A stretch of 64,000 nucleotides of DNA from Bryobacterales bacterium (lineage in GTDB: Bacteria; Acidobacteriota; Terriglobia; Bryobacterales; Bryobacteraceae): NCBI GenBank assembly GCA_963738345.1, contig CAVTWI010000002.1, positions 3,421,860 to 3,485,859 on the forward strand, written 5' to 3'. Every line of letters starts with the position of its first letter. Position 1 is the stretch's first letter. Position numbers and translations under genes: made by a program. This document shows positions 49,201 to 58,903 of this stretch, piece after piece. The notes below the pieces were generated by a model. The model was not told the origin of the DNA. It saw nothing but the letters and a program-made list of their open reading frames with translations, and did not search any database.

Positions 49201-49800
49201 ATGCCACTGCCGCGGCTCCTGATAGTCTGGCTTCTTGCTTTGTCTGTCGCGCCGGCTTGGGCTGAGCGCGTGCAGGTGGGAGTCTATCTGGACTTCGAGC
49301 AATCACCGTCTTTGATAGCCGCGGATGCTATGCGCGCGGAGGCCACGGGAGACCTGAGGCAACTGGGGTTCGAAATTGTCTGGCGCCTGGTCAGTGAAAA
49401 CCGCGGCACGGAGGCGTTCGAGAATTTAGTCGTCGTCAGAATGTCCGGCATGTGCGCTTGCGGGGGGTTCCTGCAACAGACTCGTGAAATTTTGATTCTG
49501 GGTTCGACTGCGGTCACTGACGGACGGGTGCTTCCCTATAGCCAAGTCCGCTGCGACGATCTGCGCCGGGTGTTGCCGAATGTGGAGTTCTCATCCGACC
49601 GCCCCCACGCAAACGCCGCGCTTGGGAGGGCCATGGGCCGGGTACTTGCCCACGAACTCTACCATGTTCTGAAGGGAACGACGCATCACGCGGCGACAGG
49701 AATCGCAAAGGCCGTGCAAAGTACTGACGACCTCACGTCTGACGAATTCTCGTTCGAATTGCTCGAACCGCTAACCGCGCACGGCGCGCTTGTGCGGTAG
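49201..49800 (+). CDS. small secreted hypothetical protein with HExxH motif (AHELYH)
   Basis: Signal peptide MPLPRLLIVWLLALSVAPAWA; single zinc-metalloprotease-type HExxH. Confidence 0.4.
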   Translation: MPLPRLLIVWLLALSVAPAWAERVQVGVYLDFEQSPSLIAADAMRAEATGDLRQLGFEIVWRLVSENRGTEAFENLVVVRMSGMCACGGFLQQTREILILGSTAVTDGRVLPYSQVRCDDLRRVLPNVEFSSDRPHANAALGRAMGRVLAHELYHVLKGTTHHAATGIAKAVQSTDDLTSDEFSFELLEPLTAHGALVR

Positions 49801-49987
49801 GGTCTCCCGTTTTCGTCCCTCCCTAGAGAAGTCCATTACTCCGATTGTCTAATAGTACAATTTCTCTTCGCAATTTAAATTGCCGTATTATCAAATATTT
49901 ATATAGTATCGTATGCCTACCTTATTTATCGAGTAGCTTGACAGAGACAATCGGCATGTCCTAAACTCGTTCCAATTGCAATCCTAA

Positions 49988-50479
49988 TTGGAGCGTTTGA
50001 TGCAAGCATGCATGGTTGACACACCCATCGAGATGGGGCCGCAGGAAACGGACAGTGTGCCTAAAACTCTTTCTCAGGCACTGGCATTTTATAGCCACCC
50101 TTACGTAGCAACGATGACTCTGGCGCGGGCGCGGTGGGGCGAGGCGGTAGAGTGCCTGCATTGCCATTCGCGGATGAAGCATTTTTACATCTCGACGCGG
50201 CGGATCTGGAAATGCCGGTCATGCCGGAAACAGTTTTCCCCGAAGGCGGGGACTATTTTCGAAGACTCGCCTATTGGGTTGGATCGATGGCTTGCCGCGT
50301 TATGGATCGTGGCAAATAGCGAAAGGCGCGTAGGTTCCTACAAGCTACATCGATTTTTGGGAGTGACGCAGACTACCGCTCAGTTCATGCTGCGCCGTAT
50401 CTATGTGGCAATGGCGGCCCGGAAAACGGAGAACGCGGAAAACGGTCGTTCCAGTTTGGCAACAGGTTCACCGTTATGA
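49988..50479 (+). mobile_element. IS1595-family transposase N-terminal fragment (zinc-ribbon + HTH), truncated, flanked upstream by ~190 bp of AT-rich DNA
   Basis: RWGEAVECLHCHSRMKHFYISTRRIWKCRSCRKQFSPKAGTIFEDSPIGLDRWLAALWIV...KLHRFLGVTQTTAQFMLRRI matches the IS1595 N-terminal domain (recalled). ORF stops after 163 aa without the DDE domain. Confidence 0.6.
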
Positions 50480-50654
50480 CCGGCCCTCCGACGGAAGATC
50501 CGGAAGAGCAGAATTCGGCGGAATACGACCGGTTCCTGCGTCTGTTGACGGAGGTCGCGGCGGTGCCCAAGGTAGAGGTCTATTCGCTTGACCCCACGCT
50601 AAGTCCGAAACGGAAGACCGCGCCTAAGGAATCCGAGTCGGACGACAAAACCGG

Positions 50655-51893
50655 CTAGCGTAACGGGATCTTCCAGATCTGCGATTTCACCGGCGCGATT
50701 TCTTTCTTGCGCTTCCCATCTTCCCCGTAAGCGTCCCAACCTGTGTTTGCGAGGAAGTAGAAGGTATCGCCGACGAGCGTGCCGTGGCTCGGCTCACCCA
50801 GGCCCGGCGTATTGCTTTCCAATATTTCCTGAGTCTGCAGATTGTCACCGAAGCGTACCAGGCGCTCGGGGGCAACACCGTTCTGGACCGCCAAGAATGA
50901 ATCCCGGTAACGATAGAAGCCGTCGATGCCACAGAGGACGATACCACGTGCGGGCGCAAGCCAGCGGACGGCTCGCGTTTGCAAATCCATCGCAGCGATG
51001 CCGCGGATATAGTCGGGAATATACAGGGTACGTTCATCGAGAGAGAGTGCCGGCGTTTGCGGCGAACGGAACTCACCCACGCTATCCAGACGTTCCAGAA
51101 CCGAGGCGCCGGCTTTCAAACGGAACACGGCACCGTGAGAGCCTTCGGAAACGTAAAGATCTCCAGAGCGGCTGATGGTCATATCGCCGAGCAAACCCTT
51201 CACGGGTGAATCGACGCGTTTGACAGCCGCACCTGAATCCAGATTGAAGGCGATGACCGCAGTCTTTTCGTTGTCTGCGGGGTCGCACTGCCGGCAATTG
51301 GCGATCCAGCCAGTTGCGGCCCACAGAATACGACGATCGGGATCGACGCGCAATGCCATCACCGGCCAGTCGGATTTCGCGAAAAGCTTGCCGTCCGCCG
51401 TGACGATTTTGCACATGGTTACGCTTGCGATGAAGAAGCGGTGCGTCTTCGGATCGTAGGCAATATCCTCCGGAAGCATGTCGTCCTCCGGAAGATCGGA
51501 GACTTTAGTTGCGTGGGCGATGGGTTTCCGATTGCGTTCGACTTGGCGCAGGACCGCAGCGAAGGGCACGGAGCCACGCAGGGAGGCAAAATCCTGGTCG
51601 CCTGTGAAGTCATAGACCAGACCAGCGTTCGCCAAGCCTTCCAATTCGGTAATGGCCGCCTCCGCGTGCCCCAGATGAGCCTCGACCGCTGCCAGGTTGT
51701 ATAGAAGGCGTGCGTTACCCGGTAGCAAGGGCTGCAATTTCAGTAGACTCTGGCGGAGTTTGGCGTAATCCTTGGATTTTGCCGCGGCGCCTGCCTCGCG
51801 GTTCAGGACGATCCACTGAGGATCGGAGGCCGCCGACGCCATTGCTAAAGCGGCGGCCGCGCAAACGAAACCGCAATTTAGGTGCGTCACCAA
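50655..51893 (-). CDS. secreted TPR-like + beta-propeller protein (SMP-30/gluconolactonase-like fold?)
   Basis: Signal ...VTHLNCGFVCAAAALAMA (TTG/GTG start); C-terminal propeller-like repeats. Confidence 0.45.
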   Translation of the reverse strand: MVTHLNCGFVCAAAALAMASAASDPQWIVLNREAGAAAKSKDYAKLRQSLLKLQPLLPGNARLLYNLAAVEAHLGHAEAAITELEGLANAGLVYDFTGDQDFASLRGSVPFAAVLRQVERNRKPIAHATKVSDLPEDDMLPEDIAYDPKTHRFFIASVTMCKIVTADGKLFAKSDWPVMALRVDPDRRILWAATGWIANCRQCDPADNEKTAVIAFNLDSGAAVKRVDSPVKGLLGDMTISRSGDLYVSEGSHGAVFRLKAGASVLERLDSVGEFRSPQTPALSLDERTLYIPDYIRGIAAMDLQTRAVRWLAPARGIVLCGIDGFYRYRDSFLAVQNGVAPERLVRFGDNLQTQEILESNTPGLGEPSHGTLVGDTFYFLANTGWDAYGEDGKRKKEIAPVKSQIWKIPLR

Positions 51894-52703
51894 GCATAGG
51901 ACGTGCTGGAGGGCGACTTGTTTGCCGGGGCGAAGGCCGATGTTATTCTGGAAGCGTCTTGAGCGCCAGGCCACGAGTATTCTTGCTTTCACCAGCGAAT
52001 GTGAGCGGCGTGCGGGGACGGCAGTTGATGCAGCCCGCCGCCAATTTCGAGTTGGCCGTACGCCTGCGCCACGAAGGCTTGCCGCTTGGAGATGCCTTCG
52101 CATTTATCAGTGGTCTATATTTTCGCGGAAAACTGGCCTACGCGCGATCATTCGCATCCCCTCCCCAGGGCGCTCCAGGGGCACTCGTCATAACTTCCGG
52201 ACATGGGCTCCTGCCGCCGGAAACGATCATCTCGATCGACGACCTACAGCACATGGCATCCATTCCGATCGATGCCGGCGACCCGCGTTACCGGGAACCT
52301 CTTCAAGATGCTTGCCGCCAGTTGGATCGTAGTGCCGGGCCGGACTGCGAGTTCATCCTGCTGGGCAGCGTTGCCACGCCTAAATACATCGAACCAATAT
52401 TCGAGGTTTTCGGCGACCGGCTTCTCTTCCCGGAAGAGTTTGTGGGGCGCGGCGACATGAGCCGCGGGGGCTTGATGTTGCGCTGTGTGAGTGCCCGGAC
52501 AGAACTCACCTGCGGCCCCTTGGGCGGCGCCACGCGCCATGGAAAACGGCCTTCGACTCTGCCAAAAAACGCAGGGACTGGCGGGCGGGTTCCGGCGTAA
52601 GTCATCGTACAGTGGCGCGGGACCTGCCCTGATGGTGCGCAGCAGAACAAGTACAATTGGAAGGTATGTCGATCCGAATGCCCCGGTCGTAGCGCTTTGA
52701 CCA

Positions 52704-53987
52704 GTGACGGAAACGCCTGAAATTCGCGAGAAACCGGCAGGATTATTCCGGCGTTTTTTCGCGTGTCTTGGGCCCGGGTTGATCACTGGGGCGGCGGACG
52801 ACGACCCATCGGGGATTTCAACCTATTCCGTGACGGGAGCGGCATTCGGCTATTCCCTGCTCTGGACCGCCCTGATCTCCTTTCCCTTAATGGCTGCGGT
52901 GCAACTGATGTGCGCGCGCCTCGGCATGGTTACGGGCCGCGGCTTGGCCGGAGGCATTCGCCGCAGATATTCGACCTATGTTCTCTGGCCCGCCTGTCTC
53001 ATCCTGATTGTTGCCAACGTCTTTAACATCGGCGCCGATTTGGGCGGCATGGCCGATGCGATGCAAATGGTCAGTGGCGTCAATCGATATATATGGACGC
53101 CGTTCTTCGCAATACTGATCACGGCGCTATTAATGTGGACTTCCTACACATCGATTGCGAAAATCTTCAAGTGGCTGACGCTGGTTCTCTTTGCTTACGT
53201 GATTACAGCATTCCTGGCAAGGCCGGACTGGGCCGCAGTTTTGCGCGGAGCGCTGGTGCCGCACCTGGAGTGGTCGCGATCGTACATGGCTGTGTTGGTC
53301 GGAATTTTAGGGACCACGATTTCTCCATATCTATTCTTCTGGCAAGCAGCGCAGGAAGTGGAAGAGGACGTGAAACGCGGCAAGACCACAGTGGCACAGC
53401 GGCGAGGATCCACAAACGAGGAACTCAACGTGGCGACGATGGACGTGGTCAGCGGCATGTTTGTCTCTAACCTGGTAATGTTCTTCATTATCCTAACCAC
53501 CGCCGCAACGCTACACTCGCACGGCATGAAAGACATTGAAACGGCCAAGCAGGCGTCGGAAGCGTTGCGGCCGCTGGCGGGCCGGTCCGCCTATTTGTTA
53601 TTCACGTTGGGTTTGATTGGAACCGGAATGCTCGGAGTGCCCGTACTGGCTGGATCGTGCGCGTACGCGATTGCCGAGGCCGCTTCCTGGAAAGGGGCGT
53701 CGCTCAGCAAAACGCCGCTGCGTGCACCGCAGTTTTACTTCGTGATCGCGGGCGCCATGGTGGTGGGCCTGGCATTGAATTTCGCAAAGCTCAACGCAGT
53801 GAAAATGCTTTTTTGGTCCGCGGTGCTGAACGGTGTGCTGGCTCCTCCATTAGTCATCTTAGTGGTCCTGTTGACGAGTGACCGGAAGGTAATGGGTAAG
53901 CGGGTGAATTCGCGCGGGGCCACGGTGCTCGGGTGGATCTGTGCGGCGGTGATGACAGCCGCGGCGATCGCGCTGTTCGTCACATAA
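52704..53987 (+). CDS. mntH: NRAMP-family divalent metal (Mn2+/Fe2+) transporter
   Basis: GPGLITGAADDDPSGISTYSVTGAAFGYSLLW and ~11 TM helices. Confidence 0.85.
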   Translation: MTETPEIREKPAGLFRRFFACLGPGLITGAADDDPSGISTYSVTGAAFGYSLLWTALISFPLMAAVQLMCARLGMVTGRGLAGGIRRRYSTYVLWPACLILIVANVFNIGADLGGMADAMQMVSGVNRYIWTPFFAILITALLMWTSYTSIAKIFKWLTLVLFAYVITAFLARPDWAAVLRGALVPHLEWSRSYMAVLVGILGTTISPYLFFWQAAQEVEEDVKRGKTTVAQRRGSTNEELNVATMDVVSGMFVSNLVMFFIILTTAATLHSHGMKDIETAKQASEALRPLAGRSAYLLFTLGLIGTGMLGVPVLAGSCAYAIAEAASWKGASLSKTPLRAPQFYFVIAGAMVVGLALNFAKLNAVKMLFWSAVLNGVLAPPLVILVVLLTSDRKVMGKRVNSRGATVLGWICAAVMTAAAIALFVT

Positions 53988-54864
53988 TCTGCACATGGTT
54001 CAGGATCTTTTGGACGGCCGTTTTCTTAGCGTCGAGTTCACGGTTATGGCGCCGGCCATACACGAAGTCACCTATAAACCATCCCATCGCCGAACCCGCT
54101 ACGACATCACCGGGGAAGTGCTGACGCGCGCTCACTCGCGCTGCAACGACGGCTGTGGCAAATGTGTAGGCCAAAATCGGAACGATCAGGGGGTGAGGAT
54201 ATTGGTGAGCCACAATGGACGCCATGGCCCAGGTGTTAATCGCATGGCCCGAAGGAAAACCGGAACTCCAGCGGCTCGGGCCAGCCTCAAAATGTCCGTT
54301 GCCGTCGCCTTGGTACGGGCGTGCACGGTCGGTCGCCAGTTTCACCGCTTCCACCACGATGTTGCTGTCGATTAGAGCTTCAAAACAAAGCAATCCGGTT
54401 TCGCGAAAGCGATCATCGTGCGTGCCCGTGCCCACTAGGTAGAAGCCCGCACTGATCGGAATTAGAGAATACGCCGAGCCAAATCGTGAGATCCAAGTAC
54501 CGACGGAGACTTGACTCGAAGAGTTGGGCAGATCCTTGGCAGTCAGATGGTCGGTGGCGATGAGCGCACCTGTGCTAGCGCCTAAAATTACCCACCACTT
54601 CACGTCGCTTTTCGCGGTGTGAACCGGGCTGGTCCAAATGGCCGTCTGGTCTTGCAGAATGTACTTGGGCATCCGCACGAACGGATGAAAGACTCCAGTC
54701 TCGTTCCAGAAATCTTTCTGTTTGATCGCTGGCGAGCCGGGCTTCACTTCGATAGTAGAGTCTTGTGCATCCTGATTAGCTGCGTCACCCTGCTGGCCCC
54801 AGAGGGGAAAGGCAAGAAGAAGTAATATAGGCAGCTTCGTGGTGGCGGGCATCGGGAGCCTCAA
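53980..54864 (-). CDS. PAP2-family (type 2 phosphatidic acid phosphatase) secreted phosphatase
   Basis: Motifs KLATDRARP, FPSGHA, SARQHFPGD (KxxxxxxRP / PSGH / SRxxxxxHxxxD); signal peptide. Confidence 0.75.
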   Translation of the reverse strand: MRLPMPATTKLPILLLLAFPLWGQQGDAANQDAQDSTIEVKPGSPAIKQKDFWNETGVFHPFVRMPKYILQDQTAIWTSPVHTAKSDVKWWVILGASTGALIATDHLTAKDLPNSSSQVSVGTWISRFGSAYSLIPISAGFYLVGTGTHDDRFRETGLLCFEALIDSNIVVEAVKLATDRARPYQGDGNGHFEAGPSRWSSGFPSGHAINTWAMASIVAHQYPHPLIVPILAYTFATAVVAARVSARQHFPGDVVAGSAMGWFIGDFVYGRRHNRELDAKKTAVQKILNHVQIM

Positions 54865-54933
54865 AGCACGCCGGCGTCCTTTGTGGGTCGCGGCTCATGC
54901 GAAAACGGTGAGTGAACTCACATTGCGAGTGGC

Positions 54934-55620
54934 ATGTGTATTGCTCAGTGCAGCAGCATGACAGACTTAGGCAGGCCGAGGGTGCAGATAAGGACTGTAG
55001 CATCGGCGTGGATGTTATTCGCTGCGGTCGGGTGCATGGCCCAGACGCAGAATTCCGCCGACCGGATGGAACCTACCGCCGAAGCTATCGGAGTTCCAGA
55101 TGGACCGGGGACGTATGTGCCTATGACGGCCAGCGAGCGGCGCCATCAGTATTTGAGGGACTTATACGATCCGCTTCCGTTCTTAAGTACAGCAGTCGGC
55201 GCGGGGATCGGGCAATGGCGCGATAGTCCGAAGGAATGGGGCCAAGGGGCGCAAGGCTTTAGTCTTCGCTTTGTCAGCGGCTACGGCGAAATCGTGGTAC
55301 GCGAGACTCTGATCTATGGTGTCTCGAGCGCATTGCATGAAGACAATCGTTACTTCCGTTCGCATCGTACGGGGTTTGGCCCCCGGCTGCGCTACGCCGT
55401 GGAGAGTAGTTTTCTAACACGGCATGAGGACGGATTTCGCGGAGTTTCCATCTCGAAGATGGGAGGCTTCGCCGGCGCGTCTTTGATCTCGCGGCTCTGG
55501 CAACCGCCCAGCACCGGTAGCGGAGTGGACGCTTTGAATAACTTCGGGCTCGCGATCGCGGTATCCGTGGGATTTAACGTTGCCCGCGAGTTCTTACCTG
55601 ATTTATTACACGCGAAGTGA
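54934..55620 (+). CDS. hypothetical secreted protein
   Basis: Signal-like ...RTVASAWMLFAAVGCMAQTQ; no recognisable domain. Confidence 0.4.
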   Translation: MCIAQCSSMTDLGRPRVQIRTVASAWMLFAAVGCMAQTQNSADRMEPTAEAIGVPDGPGTYVPMTASERRHQYLRDLYDPLPFLSTAVGAGIGQWRDSPKEWGQGAQGFSLRFVSGYGEIVVRETLIYGVSSALHEDNRYFRSHRTGFGPRLRYAVESSFLTRHEDGFRGVSISKMGGFAGASLISRLWQPPSTGSGVDALNNFGLAIAVSVGFNVAREFLPDLLHAK

Positions 55621-57432
55621 TTGGGAGAGTCCATTTTGAAAACTTTTCGGATCCGCGATCTGTTGCGGCCGCACTCGAAATCCCTATTTTTTGGATTCTT
55701 GGCGGTGTTAGGTGAAGGTACGGCGGACCTGCTACAACCTTGGCCGTTGAAGGTTGTTTTCGACGACGTCTTGAAGTCAAAGTCTTTGCACGGGCCGGGG
55801 TGGCTGAACCACTTTATTCTGGCTACGGTGGGTTCAGACAACCTGGCAGTCCTACGCTTCGCGGCGCTGGCTGCCTTGGCGATCGCCGTTGTGGGGGCGC
55901 TCTGTTCCTACGCTGAGAATTATCTGACCGCCAGTATCGGCCAGTGGGTGATGCACGACCTGAGGCGGACTCTTTATTCTCACGTGCAAAAGCTATCGCT
56001 CTCATACCACGATCACAAGCAGACGGGCGACCTGATCAGCCGGGTCACCAGCGACATTTCGGCAATCCAGAGTTTTATCGCCTCCGGATTGTTGAGCGCC
56101 ATCGTCGATTGCATTACCTTGTTCGGGATGGTAGGCGTGATGTTCTACCTCAACTGGCGTTTCACGCTAATCGCTCTCTCAGTGGCGCCGTTGCTTTTCG
56201 TGGTGGTCTATAGCTTTACCCGGCGGATCAAGAAAGCCGCACGTGACGTGCGTAAGAAGGAGGGCGAGATTGTTTCGACGATCCAGGAGGTACTGACTTC
56301 CATTCGGGTGGTGAAGGCCTTCGCGCGGGAGGACTACGAGCAGCAACGCCTGGAGGAAGAGAGCCTGGAAAGCGTGGAGATTGCGCTGAAGGCACGGGGC
56401 CTGAAGGCAAAACTGTCTCCTATTGTTGAAATCATGGTCGCCGTGGGCACCAGTATGGTCCTGTGGTTCGGGGCCAAGATGGTGCTGAACGGAAGTCTGA
56501 CAGCCGGTTCGTTGATCGTATTTGTTTTCTATCTCGGCAAGATGTATAAGCCGATGCAAGACCTGTCGAAGATGACGGATTCCTACTCGAAGGCGGCAGT
56601 CGGTTACGAACGCATACGCGAGGTGCTGGAGACGAGCCATGAACTGAAGGAAATGCCCGGCGCGCGGCCGGCGCCTAGATTTCGCGGACTTATCGAATTT
56701 GAAAACGTATCGTTTCATTACGAGCCGGACCGTCCTATTCTAAAAGACATTAGTTTCCGCATTGAGCCAGGCCAGTCTGCCGCTCTCGTGGGGCCTACGG
56801 GCGCGGGTAAAAGCACGATCATCAGCCTGATTCCGCGCTTCTACGACCCCGTTTCCGGCACAGTCAAGATTGACGGAACCGATATCCGCCGGTACCAGCA
56901 AAAGTCGGTACGCGAGCAAATCAGCTTCGTGTTACAAGAGACCGCGTTGTTTCATGGACCGGTCTGGTATAACATCGCATACGGCAAACCGGGCGCCAGC
57001 CGGAGCGAGATTTTAGAGGCGGCGAAGTTAGCTAATGCGGATGAATTCATCGATAAGATGCCCAATGGCTATGACACACTGGTAGGCGAGCGGGGAGTGA
57101 CACTATCGGGCGGCCAGCGCCAGAGAATTGCCATCGCACGCGCGGTCATTCGCGACAGCCCTATTCTGATCCTGGATGAGCCCAGTTCGGGTCTGGATGC
57201 CGGTTCGGAAAAGTTGGTTTTTGAAGCCCTCGACCGGTTAATGGAAGGGAAGACTTCCATCGTGATCGCCCACCGCCTTGCCACCATACAGCGTGCAGAT
57301 ATAATATTCGTAGTCGATGACGGCATCATCATTGAGCGCGGCAAGCACGACGAACTGTTGTCCTCGGGCGGCTTGTACGCAAGACTGTACGAACTACAGT
57401 TCAATCCGGAGCAGCAGCTCACAGGCCTGTAA
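55621..57432 (+). CDS. ABC transporter permease/ATPase fusion (MsbA/lipid exporter type)
   Basis: Six TM helices then Walker A GPTGAGKST, signature LSGGQRQRIAIARAV, Walker B ILILDEPSS. Confidence 0.85.
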   Translation: MGESILKTFRIRDLLRPHSKSLFFGFLAVLGEGTADLLQPWPLKVVFDDVLKSKSLHGPGWLNHFILATVGSDNLAVLRFAALAALAIAVVGALCSYAENYLTASIGQWVMHDLRRTLYSHVQKLSLSYHDHKQTGDLISRVTSDISAIQSFIASGLLSAIVDCITLFGMVGVMFYLNWRFTLIALSVAPLLFVVVYSFTRRIKKAARDVRKKEGEIVSTIQEVLTSIRVVKAFAREDYEQQRLEEESLESVEIALKARGLKAKLSPIVEIMVAVGTSMVLWFGAKMVLNGSLTAGSLIVFVFYLGKMYKPMQDLSKMTDSYSKAAVGYERIREVLETSHELKEMPGARPAPRFRGLIEFENVSFHYEPDRPILKDISFRIEPGQSAALVGPTGAGKSTIISLIPRFYDPVSGTVKIDGTDIRRYQQKSVREQISFVLQETALFHGPVWYNIAYGKPGASRSEILEAAKLANADEFIDKMPNGYDTLVGERGVTLSGGQRQRIAIARAVIRDSPILILDEPSSGLDAGSEKLVFEALDRLMEGKTSIVIAHRLATIQRADIIFVVDDGIIIERGKHDELLSSGGLYARLYELQFNPEQQLTGL

Positions 57433-57860
57433 GCCCGGTGACGCGCCAAGCGACCTCGTCGGTAGAGGGCTTATCGAGGTAGCGGCTCAATAACCCCTGT
57501 TTCGGTTAGCACGAAACAAACTTCAGCAGCTATCGCCGCCCGGACGAGCAGCGGATGTCCACTTACTACACCAAGCTTTCGGACTTCACGTCTTGATAGA
57601 TAGCACGCTCAACCGAAGCGCACCGGAAATGTGGTCGAGAGCGCTGACTGCGGTAAGCTACTTTCATACGGTGAACTAGCTTCTGCTCTTACACTCCCGT
57701 AGGCACTTTCAAGGCAGTTCGTGGTGCGCGAACAGAATGCAACCAAGCCAACGAAACGTCGAACACTCTTAAACAGGCGAACATATTCTTGCCTCCCTGT
57801 TCCGGAGAAAGGGACATCCAGGCGGCCAAACCTACAGGTCTGTAAGCATGGTGATGCGCC
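57421..57860. repeat. 27-bp imperfect direct repeat (ACAGGYCTGTAAGCMYGGTGAYGCGCC) at 57421-57447 and 57834-57860, bracketing the ~400-bp convergent intergenic segment
   Basis: Read from the sequence; 23/27 identical; each copy overlaps the stop codon region of the flanking gene. Confidence 0.45.
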
Positions 57861-58809
57861 GGGCCACCACCGCGGCAAAAGCATCTGCCTCGCGTGGCGA
57901 ATATCCTGCCGCCCGGAAGGCATCGTGAATCTGCGCAGGCGATAGGGTCGCCAGCAGTTTACCCATCCATTTGGCATCTTCGCGAGGGATGTTCCTGCCG
58001 ATCCACTCCAGGCGTATGCGACTGATGAATTCTTTTGGGTTGAAGATATAGATAAACGCCGGCCGCCCGGGGACGGTAAAGTCGACTGTGGTAGGAGTAG
58101 TCTTCCGTATGAATCTGGAGTGACTGTATTGGTCCAGGTTGCTCTTCCCCTGGCCGAAAGGCGCGCGCCCGGTAGCACCGAAGGTGGCGCCCAGATCGCT
58201 CACCATGTAGATGTCCTTGTCGCCATCGCTGTAGATGTGGTTGTTTTGATCCTTCAGATCCCAATTGTTCATCACCGCCATCAGAACTCTAAGACCGTTC
58301 AGTTCGCGGGTTCCTGTGAACGGGTCCTGCCGCCACTTCCAGTCGCCGGTGTCTTTCTCTTTATCCCCATGCCTTTTCAGGCGAACATTATGTACAAGCC
58401 CGTTGGGGCCAACTTGACTCTGACCCCGGTGCAAGTGAGCGGGCATACCGCTGACCTGCAAATCTTGCACAAAGTACTCGTCATCTGTGTAATAGCCCAC
58501 AGCCCAAGCGATGCGGCTGGCGGCAGTTTCCGGCTTCGCCTCTATGCCCATCTTCACTTTCCACTTCAGCCCCGCGGCATCGCGCACCACAAACTTTGGA
58601 TTGGTGCCGGCCATATCCTCTTCTACGAAGGTGAACGGGGCCCTCGGCTGGTGTTCTTCGCCGCCCGGGCCGTAAAACAGGTTCCGTGAGGCGATGTCAG
58701 CCGGATTTTGCCAAAGGACGGCTCGTTTCCCGTCGGGCCCTTGAGCCGGCAGCGCGCACACAAACAATGCAGCAACCAAAAATGTATTAGCTTTCACATT
58801 TAAACGCAC
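57832..58809 (-). CDS. secreted hypothetical protein with protein-kinase-like catalytic motifs
   Basis: Signal peptide MRLNVKANTFLVAALFVCALPAQG; LKWKVK (candidate VAIK Lys), NNWDLKDQNN (D-L-K-x-x-N catalytic-loop-like) and SDLGATFG (DFG-like) 20 aa apart. Confidence 0.4.
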   Translation of the reverse strand: MRLNVKANTFLVAALFVCALPAQGPDGKRAVLWQNPADIASRNLFYGPGGEEHQPRAPFTFVEEDMAGTNPKFVVRDAAGLKWKVKMGIEAKPETAASRIAWAVGYYTDDEYFVQDLQVSGMPAHLHRGQSQVGPNGLVHNVRLKRHGDKEKDTGDWKWRQDPFTGTRELNGLRVLMAVMNNWDLKDQNNHIYSDGDKDIYMVSDLGATFGATGRAPFGQGKSNLDQYSHSRFIRKTTPTTVDFTVPGRPAFIYIFNPKEFISRIRLEWIGRNIPREDAKWMGKLLATLSPAQIHDAFRAAGYSPREADAFAAVVARRITMLTDL

Positions 58810-58903
58810 GAATCACTCCTCGCGATAAACGGCCCGCGACCTGCATACTCCTAGCAGGATCGATGCCAGAGTCAAGATTCGACATAGAGGAGGAACGCTA
58901 CAG

